Position numbers and translations under genes: made by a program
Source: an uncultured Actinomycetes bacterium
GTDB lineage: Bacteria > Actinomycetota > Acidimicrobiia > IMCC26256 > PALSA-610
Direction: 5' to 3'
Length of the DNA stretch: 64,000 bases
NCBI GenBank assembly: GCA_963701825.1
Contig: CAVPBG010000002.1
Location: forward strand, 1,248,744 to 1,312,743
In this document: positions 27,446-34,853 of the stretch, piece after piece
Position numbering within the stretch: position 1 is the first letter of the stretch
Layout of the letters: every line of letters starts with the position of its first letter
The notes under the pieces: generated by a model
What the model was told of the DNA's origin: nothing
Database searches by the model: none
What the model saw: only the letters and a program-made list of their open reading frames with translations

Positions 27446-27727
27446 TCAGGTCCGTTCCGCGTTCAACGCGTCGAACATCTCGTGGTCGACAAGGACGTCG
27501 TACTCGGGATGGTGCTCGATGAAACGCTCGACGAACGGGCATACAGGGACGACATAGAGGTCGCGCTCGCGGGCATCTGCGAGCGCGGCCTCTGTGAGTT
27601 TGGTCGCCAGGCCCCGCCCGCCGTACGCCTTGTCGATCTCGGTGTGCACGAGGAGGAGCCGGCCGCCGCGGATGTTGTACTGCACGAAGCCCGCGAGCGC
27701 GCCGTCCTCGAAGATCTCGTAGCGCAT
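27446..27727 (-). CDS. Small GNAT-like acetyltransferase (YjdJ / Acetyltransf_CG type)
   Basis: The ATG at 27727 gives MRYEIFEDGALAGFVQYNIRGGRLLLVHTEIDKAYGGRGLATKLTEAALADARERDLYVVPVCPFV, 93 aa. Confidence 0.7.
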   Translation of the reverse strand: MRYEIFEDGALAGFVQYNIRGGRLLLVHTEIDKAYGGRGLATKLTEAALADARERDLYVVPVCPFVERFIEHHPEYDVLVDHEMFDALNAERT

Positions 27728-27753
27728 GCGCTGCCTGTCATTGCGCACGTCGA

Positions 27754-28574
27754 TCACGACGCGCTCTGTTCCTGTTCGCGAAGCGCTTGCGAGAAGTCGG
27801 CCATGCCGCGCAGGTACTGGTCGCAGTGTTGCGCCTTGCCGACCGCGATGGCCTTGGCGTCGATTCCGCCCGGATACACCGGCGGGATGTAGTACTCGAA
27901 GCCGTCGTCCTCGATCGCGTCGGCGATACCCGCCGCGCAGTCGGCGGCCGGAACCTTGTCGACATCCATGAGCGCGGGAACGTTGTCGGGCTGATCCCAG
28001 ATCTCGGTCGCGATCGGGCCGGGCAGTACGAGCTTCACGTCGACGCCGGTCCCCGGGAGATCGAGGAGCATCGCCTCGGCGAACCCGCACATCGCGTACT
28101 TGGCCGCGTTGTACGCGCTCTCGTTCACGATCGGGATGCGGCCGCCCATGCTCGACACGAACACGATCTGCCCGCTCCCGCGTTCGACCATGCGGGGAAG
28201 TACCGCCAGGCTCATGCGCACGGGGGAGTGGAAGTCGACGTCCATCACGTGTTCGACGTCGTGCGGTGTGAGGTCGGTGACACGCGCGTGCGCTTGGGAA
28301 TCGCGGCGTTGTTGACCAAACCGTCGAGCCCGCCGAACGCGTCCCACGCTTCGAGCGCGACGTGTTCGGCGCGTTCGAGATCGCCGAGATCGGCCGACCA
28401 GGCGCGGGAGTCGGGCGTGAACGCGCGGCAGCGTTCCAACACCTCGGCCAACCGTTCGGCCCGGCGGGCGACGATGCCGACCGTGGCGCCCCGTTCCGCG
28501 AGTATCGGCGCGAGTGCGGCGCCGATGCCCGACGATGCGCCGGTCACCACGATCTTCGAGCCCTCGATCTTCAC
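27754..28574 (-). pseudogene. Short-chain dehydrogenase/reductase, frame-shifted near 28280
   Basis: The N-terminal part is in one frame (28245-28574: MKIEGSKIVVTGASSGIGAA...LVNNAAIPKRTRV). The remainder is in another frame (VTDLTPHDVEHVMDVDFHSPV...VFVSSMGGRIPIVNESAYNAAKYAMCGF...PGPIATE). The two join inside aCGCGCGt. Confidence 0.75.
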
Positions 28575-29848
28575 GCGTCCCTCGTCTCGGTCTGTCCCGG
28601 CGTCTTGGCCTGCGATTCGTGTTCCGCCCAGGAAAAGATGCCCTTAGACATCGTCGAAGCCTCGTCGTGGGCGCGGCGGCCGAACACCTCGGCGCGTGCC
28701 GCGTGCACGCCGGGGTCGTCCGGAGCGGCCTGGGTGGCCAGCTCCGCGAGATGACCGGCGAGCCGCATGTCGCCCGCGGCGGCGACCTCGAGCGCCCGGT
28801 CGGCAAGTCGGGCGGCACCGCCGGCCAGGTCGGCGAGCTCGCGGGCAAGTACGGCGGCGGGCGCGGGCTTCAAGTGCGACGGATCGCCGTCGTACCAGCC
28901 GCCGTACAGCCGCCACAGGTTGCGCACGACGAACTCGGGTTCGTCGTAGACCGCGTGCAGATACGGCCGTTCGAGCAGATGCTCCGGCGCGCGTACGGCT
29001 TGGACGATGTCGTCGAGGCGTGCGCCCTCGTTCATCAAGGCCAGCGTCTGTTCCACCAACGACTCGAGCAACTCCGCACCCTCGTTGAGCGCGCGTTGCA
29101 CACGGTCCGCGCCGATGATCGGCAGCCCGTGCCCGGGCAACATGACCTCGGGCTCGAGCGCGGCCATCTTGCGGAACGCGATCGACCAGTCGCGCGCGTA
29201 GCGCTGCGCCTTCTGCGGGTTGCCGCAGTTCGGCGAAGCCCAGATGAACATGTCGCCCGCGAACAGCACGCGCCGCGCCGGCGACCACACCCACGTTGCA
29301 TCGTCGGTCTCACCGCGGTCGTGGAAGAGGTCGAACTGCTCGCCGCCGACGGTGAACGAGAGCGCGTCCGTATACGTCTCGTCGGGCATGCGGTATTCGG
29401 TCGGCCACCGCAGACCGGGCGCCTTGAACTGCCGTTGGTTGATCACCGCGTTGTAGCCCGCGGTCATGCGGTAACGCTCGAAGCGTTCCGCGATCGCCAC
29501 GTGCGCGACGACGCGCGGCGCGGGCCAGCCGTTCGCTTCGGCCTCGGCTTCGTAGAGATCGACGCCGAACACGTGGTCGATGTGGCCGTGGGTGAACACC
29601 GCGGTGTGCAGCGGGCGGCCCGACCAGGTGCGGATCGTGTCGTGCACCGCCTGGGCGTGGAAGACCCCACTGGTGTCGACGACGACCAGCCCGGCCTCGG
29701 TGTCGACCGCGGCGGAGTTGGCGAATGCATCGACGAAGGCCAGGCCGGGTTGGATCTCGGCCATCTTCCCGCTCGACGAAAACGGGTGGTGGGCCTCGAT
29801 CGGCAGCTCGCCCGTGAACAACTTGTCGGCCAGATCGAGCAGCTCCAT
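28571..29848 (-). CDS. MBL-fold alkyl/aryl-sulfatase-like hydrolase (MBL + dimerisation domain, no SCP2 tail)
   Basis: The ATG at 29848 gives MELLDLADKLFTGE...VVVDTSG...AVFTHGHIDHVFG...GETDDATWVW...MLPGHG...VYDEPEFVVRNLWRLYGGWYDG, 425 aa. Confidence 0.75.
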   Translation of the reverse strand: MELLDLADKLFTGELPIEAHHPFSSSGKMAEIQPGLAFVDAFANSAAVDTEAGLVVVDTSGVFHAQAVHDTIRTWSGRPLHTAVFTHGHIDHVFGVDLYEAEAEANGWPAPRVVAHVAIAERFERYRMTAGYNAVINQRQFKAPGLRWPTEYRMPDETYTDALSFTVGGEQFDLFHDRGETDDATWVWSPARRVLFAGDMFIWASPNCGNPQKAQRYARDWSIAFRKMAALEPEVMLPGHGLPIIGADRVQRALNEGAELLESLVEQTLALMNEGARLDDIVQAVRAPEHLLERPYLHAVYDEPEFVVRNLWRLYGGWYDGDPSHLKPAPAAVLARELADLAGGAARLADRALEVAAAGDMRLAGHLAELATQAAPDDPGVHAARAEVFGRRAHDEASTMSKGIFSWAEHESQAKTPGQTETRDA

Positions 29849-29907
29849 GGGCGGAGCGTTCCACCTGGCGCGGGCGGGGGAAAAATCGGCGTGCTTGCGG
29901 TGAAAAT

Positions 29908-29921
29908 CAGAACGTGTTCCA
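29908..29921. promoter_or_regulatory. KstR-type operator box (7 of 8 specified positions of TnnAACnnGTTnnA)
   Basis: cagAACgtGTTcca lies in the divergent region between the sulfatase-like operon (start 29848) and the TetR gene (start 29931). Confidence 0.5.
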
Positions 29922-29930
29922 ATTCCCGCG

Positions 29931-30542
29931 ATGGTCGTCGCCGAGCCCGATCCCGAGGCTGCCCCCGAGGGTGCTCTGGCGCGGAGCCAGGCCGCCCGCC
30001 GCCGGCGGGTCCTCGACGCCACGTTGCAGCTCGCGGCGGAGGGGGGCTTCGACGCGGTGCAGATGCGCGACGTCGCGGCCGCGGCCGACGTCGCCCTCGG
30101 AACCGTGTACCGGTACTTCGCCTCGAAGGAGAGGTTGCTGCTCGAGGCGATGGCCGAACAGCAGGCCGACCTGCGGGCCTACCTCGAGGTGCATCCGCCC
30201 GGCGAGCCCACGCCCGCGGCGCGCGTCGTCTCGGTGCTGCGGGGTGCGAACCGGTCGCTGCGCGAATACCCCGACGTCACTGCGGCCATGGTCCGCTCCT
30301 TCGGTACCGCGCAGATCGAGAACGCCGACATCGTGCGCCGGGTCACCGAGATCATGACCGGGATCATCACCAACGCGATCCACGCGCCTGAGCGCCGGGT
30401 CGCGACCACGGGTGAAGTGCGCGTGGCCCGGATCCTGATGCAGGTATGGCTGTCGTCGTTGAACGGCTGGGTGTGCGGGGTCGACGGCCCCGATCGGGTC
30501 GACGAAGACCTCGCCGCCGCCACCGATCTGCTCCTCAGCTGA
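29931..30542 (+). CDS. TetR-family transcriptional regulator (KstR-like by context)
   Basis: 203 aa. The HTH reads RRRVLDATLQLAAEGGFDAVQMRDVAAAADVALGTVYRYFASKERLL. Confidence 0.85.
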   Translation: MVVAEPDPEAAPEGALARSQAARRRRVLDATLQLAAEGGFDAVQMRDVAAAADVALGTVYRYFASKERLLLEAMAEQQADLRAYLEVHPPGEPTPAARVVSVLRGANRSLREYPDVTAAMVRSFGTAQIENADIVRRVTEIMTGIITNAIHAPERRVATTGEVRVARILMQVWLSSLNGWVCGVDGPDRVDEDLAAATDLLLS

Positions 30543-30616
30543 CCCGGACGGTACGCCAACGTTCCCACTGTGGGCACCGCCACGCACGCAGGCGGTACGT
30601 GAGCGTGCCCACTGTT

Positions 30617-30664
30617 GGCGGGGTGGTGGGCGGGGTGGTGGGCGGGGTGGTGGGCGGGGTGGTG
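30617..30664 (+). repeat. Perfect 12-nt tandem repeat (GGCGGGGTGGTG) x4, G-quadruplex-prone
   Basis: Read directly: ggcggggtggtgggcggggtggtgggcggggtggtgggcggggtggtg, in the intergenic region between the TetR stop and the fadD-like start. Confidence 0.9.
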
Positions 30665-30678
30665 GTTCGCCGAGAGAG

Positions 30679-30692
30679 TGGAACCTGTTCTA
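30679..30692. promoter_or_regulatory. KstR-type operator box, perfect match to TnnAACnnGTTnnA, overlapping a TACTTT -10-like hexamer
   Basis: tggAACctGTTcta ends 10 nt before the ATG at 30703. TACTTT (30691-30696) sits 6 nt before the ATG and there is no SD, which suggests a leaderless transcript. Confidence 0.55.
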
Positions 30693-30702
30693 CTTTCGGC
30701 TC

Positions 30703-32343
30703 ATGCCGACCCGTCACTACAACTTTGCCGACCTGTTCGAGCTCGCGGTCGACAAGGTGCCCGATCGCCTCGCCCTGGTCGATGCCCGCCGCGAGGTGAG
30801 CTACCGGGAGCTCGACGAGCGCTCGACCCGGCTGGCGCACACGCTCGCCGAGCAGGGTGTGAAGGCCGGCGACCACGTCGGGATCCTGGCCACGAACTGC
30901 ATCGAGTGGGTCGAAGCCCTGTTCGCGATCTACAAGATCCGCGCGAGCGCGGTGAACATCAACTTCCGGTACGTCGAGGACGAGCTGCGCTACCTCTTCG
31001 ACAACGCCGACCTCGTCGCGTGCTTCTACCAGCGGGAGTACGGCCCGCTCGTCGCGGCCGCGCGTTCGGCCCAGCCCAAGCTGCAGCACTTCATCCGCAT
31101 CGAGTGGAACGACTCGACCGCCGACGACTCCGCGCTCGATCCGATCGAGTTCGAGGCCGCGATCGCGCAGGGTTCACCCGTTCGTGATTTCGAAGAGCGC
31201 TCCGGCGACGACGTGTACCTGCTCTACACCGGCGGCACCACCGGAATGCCGAAGGGTGTGATGTGGCGCCAGGAAGACGTGTACTTCGCGCTCGGCGGCG
31301 GCATCGACGTGTTCACCAACGAGCGGGTGACTTCGCCCGAAACGGCGAGCGAGAAGATCGACCCGAGTCAGCCCAAAGGCATCGTGTCGATCATCCTGCC
31401 GCCGCTCATGCACGGTGCCGGTCAATTCTCGGTGTACCGCACGCTCTTCGAAGGCAACAGCGCGGTGATGCCCGCACGCTTCGAGCCGGAAGAGGTGTGG
31501 CGGACCGTCGAGGAATACGGCGTCAACGTGATGCAGGTGACCGGCGACGCGATGGCGCGTCCGCTCGCCGACACACTCGAACGACTGCAGGGCGAGGTCG
31601 ACGTGTCGTCGCTCTTCTCCTTCGCGAGCACCGCGGCGATCTTCTCGCAGACCGTCAAGGAACAACTGCAGGAGCTGTTGCCCGAGTACACGATGATGCT
31701 CGACTCGGTCGGCTCGACCGAAACCGGCATGAACGGCATCCGGATGGTGCAGAAGGGCGACGCGCCGAAGGACGGCATCACGAGCGTGCAAGCCGCGCGC
31801 GACTCGGTCGTGCTCGACGAGAACTTCGACGAGGTCGAGCCCGGGTCGGGTGTGGTCGGTCTGCTCGCGCGTGGCGGCAACATCCCGCTCGGTTACTACA
31901 ACGATCCGGTGAAGACCGCGGAGACGTTCGTCACCGACGCGCGTGGGCGGCGCTGGTCGATCCCGGGTGACTTCGCGCGCGTCGAAGCCGACGGTCGGAT
32001 CACGTTGCTCGGACGCGGTTCGGTGTCGATCAACTCCGGCGGCGAGAAGATCTATCCGGAAGAGGTCGAAGGCGCGCTGAAGTCGCATCCCGACGTGTAC
32101 GACGTGTTGGTGGTCGGCGTACCCGACGATCGCTGGGGCGAACGCGTGTGCGCGTTGCTGCAAGCCCGCTCGGATCGCGATCCGGATCTCGAGGAACTGC
32201 GCGAGCACTGCCGGACGCGGATCGCGGGCTACAAGATCCCGCGTCAGCTCCTGTTGGTCGACGAGGTGCCCCGCCTACCCAACGGGAAACCCGACTACCG
32301 GTCCGCCAAGGAGCAGGCCAAGGCCCGGGCTGCGGAAGTCTGA
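30703..32343 (+). CDS. Acyl-CoA synthetase (FadD-type AMP-binding enzyme)
   Basis: 546 aa with LLYTGGTTGMPKGVMWRQEDV, GSTETG, RWSIPGDFARVEADG and the C-terminal LPNGKPDYR. Confidence 0.9.
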   Translation: MPTRHYNFADLFELAVDKVPDRLALVDARREVSYRELDERSTRLAHTLAEQGVKAGDHVGILATNCIEWVEALFAIYKIRASAVNINFRYVEDELRYLFDNADLVACFYQREYGPLVAAARSAQPKLQHFIRIEWNDSTADDSALDPIEFEAAIAQGSPVRDFEERSGDDVYLLYTGGTTGMPKGVMWRQEDVYFALGGGIDVFTNERVTSPETASEKIDPSQPKGIVSIILPPLMHGAGQFSVYRTLFEGNSAVMPARFEPEEVWRTVEEYGVNVMQVTGDAMARPLADTLERLQGEVDVSSLFSFASTAAIFSQTVKEQLQELLPEYTMMLDSVGSTETGMNGIRMVQKGDAPKDGITSVQAARDSVVLDENFDEVEPGSGVVGLLARGGNIPLGYYNDPVKTAETFVTDARGRRWSIPGDFARVEADGRITLLGRGSVSINSGGEKIYPEEVEGALKSHPDVYDVLVVGVPDDRWGERVCALLQARSDRDPDLEELREHCRTRIAGYKIPRQLLLVDEVPRLPNGKPDYRSAKEQAKARAAEV

Positions 32344-32396
32344 CGCCGAAGTCCGACCCCGGAGTCCGACCCCGAAGTCCGACCCCGAAGTCCGAG
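32344..32396 (+). repeat. 13-nt tandem repeat (CCCGAAGTCCGAC-like) x4 immediately after the fadD-like stop
   Basis: gccgaagtccgac cccggagtccgac cccgaagtccgac cccgaagtccgag. The unit length is not a multiple of 3, so the repeat is non-coding. Confidence 0.85.
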
Positions 32397-32484
32397 CCGC
32401 GGCACCTGGGTATCCCGGCTGGTCTACGGTGAATCGGTCCGGCCCGCTCAAGCGACGGGCCCGGCGACCGATCGGTATCTCGCG

Positions 32485-33990
32485 ATGACTCCCCGCCGCC
32501 TTCACTGTTCGGCCGCGCTCGCGGCGCTCCTCTTCTTCGTCGCGCCGTTCGTGGTCGCGATTTCGGGGGCCGCTCCGGCCGCCGCCGACACCACGACGCA
32601 CACGCCAGTCATGGGCCCGAGCCTCCTGACCGCGACCCAACTCGCGGCCTGGTACCACGCGAACACGAACGTCCCCGCCGCGATACCGGCCTTCGACGGG
32701 CATCCCGCGGGCGACGTCGCCGCGCTCGCGCAGGTCTTCATCGACGACGGCAACAAAGAAGGTGTACGCGGCGACATCGCCTTCGTGCAGTCGCAGCTCG
32801 AGACCGGCTGGATGCACTTCATCGGTTCGCAGATCCCGCCCGACGCGTACAACTACGCGGGCATCTTCGCGTTCGACGGCCGCACGAGCCTGCCGAACTG
32901 CACGCACGGCGACTCTGCGCCAAGCCGTTGTATGGGCACTCCGCAACACGGCGTGCTCGTGCAGATTCAACTCCTGCGCAGCTACGCGGATCCGTCGGCC
33001 AAGACCGCGCCCAATCGCTTCATCTCCGCGCCGTCCGACCGCGCCGGTCTCGCCCCGTTGTGGGAGTACTTCGGCGGCAACAACTGCCCGTGCGGCAAGT
33101 TGATCTGGGCGTCGGCATCGGGTTACGGCCTGCGCGTGCTGCAGATGTACTCCGGCGCGCTCGTCATGAGCGGCAAGGCCGGCGCGTGCGTTCCGTACGC
33201 GCCGCCCGTCAGCGGCCCGAAGTCGGGAACCGGCTACTGGGACGTCACCCAGGACTCCGTCGTCCATCCGTTCGGCGACGCGAAGTTCTACGGCGATACG
33301 CGCAACATCCATCTCTCCGCGCCACTCACCGGTGGCGAATCGCTGCCGGGTGACACGGGCTACTGGCTGCTCGCGCGCGACGGCGGAATCTTCTCGTACG
33401 GCGCCGCGCACTTCTACGGTTCCACCGGCGGGATGCGGCTCAACAAGCCGGTCAACGGAATGGAACGCACGCCCGCGGCCAAGGGCTATTGGCTCGTGGC
33501 GGACGACGGCGGCATCTTCTCCTTCGGCAGCGCGCACTTCTACGGATCGATGGGTGGCTCACACCTCAACCAGCCCGTGCTCGGGATGGAACGCAGCCTG
33601 AGCGGCAACGGGTATTGGCTCTTCGCGTCGGACGGCGGGATCTTCAACTTCGGCGACGCGCACTTCTACGGTTCGCTCGGCAGCACGAAGCTGTCGGCGC
33701 CGGTCGTGTCGATGCAACGCACCGTCACCGGCAAGGGCTACTGGATGTTGACCGCCGACGGTCACGTCTACAGCTTCGGTGACGCGGTCGGCCATGGCGA
33801 TGTCGCCGGCTGTGCGAACTACCGCAACTTCTTCGGCGTCATCGCCACCCGGCTGCTCGTGACCCCCGACGGCCGCGGCTACTGGATCGCAACGGGGAGT
33901 GGCTCGATCATCGCCTTCGGCGACGCGCCGAAGCTCGGCTTCCCGGCCACGGTCGGCGGCCCGACCATCGCCCTCCTCGCCTCCCGCTGA
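32485..33990 (+). CDS. Secreted peptidoglycan hydrolase-like protein: glucosaminidase-type domain + 6 x 42-aa propeller-like repeats
   Basis: 501 aa with a signal peptide (ALAALLFFVAPFVVAISGAAPAAA). The N-domain has FVQSQLETGW...YNYAGIF, a glucosaminidase-like catalytic Glu context. The C-terminal half (about 33229-33987) has six GYWLVADDGGIFSFGSAHFYGS...LNQPV.GM units homologous to those of the giant proteins. Confidence 0.85.
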   Translation: MTPRRLHCSAALAALLFFVAPFVVAISGAAPAAADTTTHTPVMGPSLLTATQLAAWYHANTNVPAAIPAFDGHPAGDVAALAQVFIDDGNKEGVRGDIAFVQSQLETGWMHFIGSQIPPDAYNYAGIFAFDGRTSLPNCTHGDSAPSRCMGTPQHGVLVQIQLLRSYADPSAKTAPNRFISAPSDRAGLAPLWEYFGGNNCPCGKLIWASASGYGLRVLQMYSGALVMSGKAGACVPYAPPVSGPKSGTGYWDVTQDSVVHPFGDAKFYGDTRNIHLSAPLTGGESLPGDTGYWLLARDGGIFSYGAAHFYGSTGGMRLNKPVNGMERTPAAKGYWLVADDGGIFSFGSAHFYGSMGGSHLNQPVLGMERSLSGNGYWLFASDGGIFNFGDAHFYGSLGSTKLSAPVVSMQRTVTGKGYWMLTADGHVYSFGDAVGHGDVAGCANYRNFFGVIATRLLVTPDGRGYWIATGSGSIIAFGDAPKLGFPATVGGPTIALLASR

Positions 33991-34003
33991 CCCCCACCCC
34001 CTA

Positions 34004-34054
34004 CGAACCGTCGTGAGTTGTGGGCGCTATGCGCCCACAACTCACGACAGTTCG
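34004..34054. repeat. Palindromic intergenic element, copy C (24-bp stem with 1 mismatch, 3-nt loop); likely terminator
   Basis: cgaaccgtcgtgagttgtgggcgc tat gcgcccacaactcacgacagttcg, 14 nt after the stop at 33990. Confidence 0.75.
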
Positions 34055-34082
34055 GGCGCGATGTAGGGTTCTGTCGACATCA

Positions 34083-34190
34083 CACCCATGGGGAGCTCGG
34101 GGGATACCGGGCTGAGAGGGTGGCATGCGCATTACGCGCCCTGCCACCGACCCCTCGAACCTGCTCCGGGTAATGCCGGCGGAGGGAGGG
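34083..34190 (+). promoter_or_regulatory. TPP (THI-box) riboswitch
   Basis: GGGGAGC...GCTGAGA...ACCC...GAACCTGCTCCGGGTAATGCCGGCGGAGGGA matches the conserved THI-box core. The 3' end of the aptamer (GGAGGGAGGG) is also the RBS of the ATG at 34191. Confidence 0.85.
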
Positions 34191-34853
34191 ATGCGCGTGA
34201 CACGCGTGGCCATCGTGCTTGCGGGCGGAGACCCCGTCGAGGCACATCTGAGAAGCCTGCTCCCCGAAGCGGCGGTCGTCGTGGCCGCCGATTCCGGGCT
34301 GCATCAGGCCGAAGTTCTGGATCTCCACGTCGACTACGTCGTCGGCGACCTCGACTCCGCCGAACCCGCGGCCGTCGACCGGGCGCGGGCCGTGGGCGCG
34401 GTCGTCGAACGGCATCCCGTCGACAAGGACGCCACCGATCTCGAGCTCGCGTTCGATCTCGCGCGCGACCGCGGTGCCCAACGCATCACCGTCGTGGGCG
34501 GCGCGGGCGGACGGCTCGACCATTTCCTGGCCAACGTCGCCCTGCTCGCCTCGTCGCGGTTCGCCGATCTCGAGATCGACGCGCATCTCGGCGAGGCGTA
34601 CGTCGCGGTCGTGCAGGGGGGTCGGCCCGCCCACGTGATCAGCGGTCGGGCCGGGTCGCTGGTCACGCTCCTGGCGGTGGGTGGCGACGCGTGCGGAATC
34701 ACCACGGACGGGCTGCAGTACCCGCTCAACAGCGCAACGCTGCGGCCCGGGAGCACGCGCGGCGTCAGCAACGTGCTCGACGGTCGCACGGGCGCGGTCG
34801 TGCTCGAACAAGGAACTCTCGTCGTCATTCAACATTCCGGAGGTGCACTGTGA
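34191..34853 (+). CDS. thiN: Thiamine pyrophosphokinase
   Basis: MRVTRVAIVLAGGDP...VVAADSG...VVGDLDS...DKDATDLELA...VVGGAGGRLDH...G.TTDGLQYPL, with the RBS GGAGGGAGGG directly upstream. Confidence 0.8.
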   Translation: MRVTRVAIVLAGGDPVEAHLRSLLPEAAVVVAADSGLHQAEVLDLHVDYVVGDLDSAEPAAVDRARAVGAVVERHPVDKDATDLELAFDLARDRGAQRITVVGGAGGRLDHFLANVALLASSRFADLEIDAHLGEAYVAVVQGGRPAHVISGRAGSLVTLLAVGGDACGITTDGLQYPLNSATLRPGSTRGVSNVLDGRTGAVVLEQGTLVVIQHSGGAL

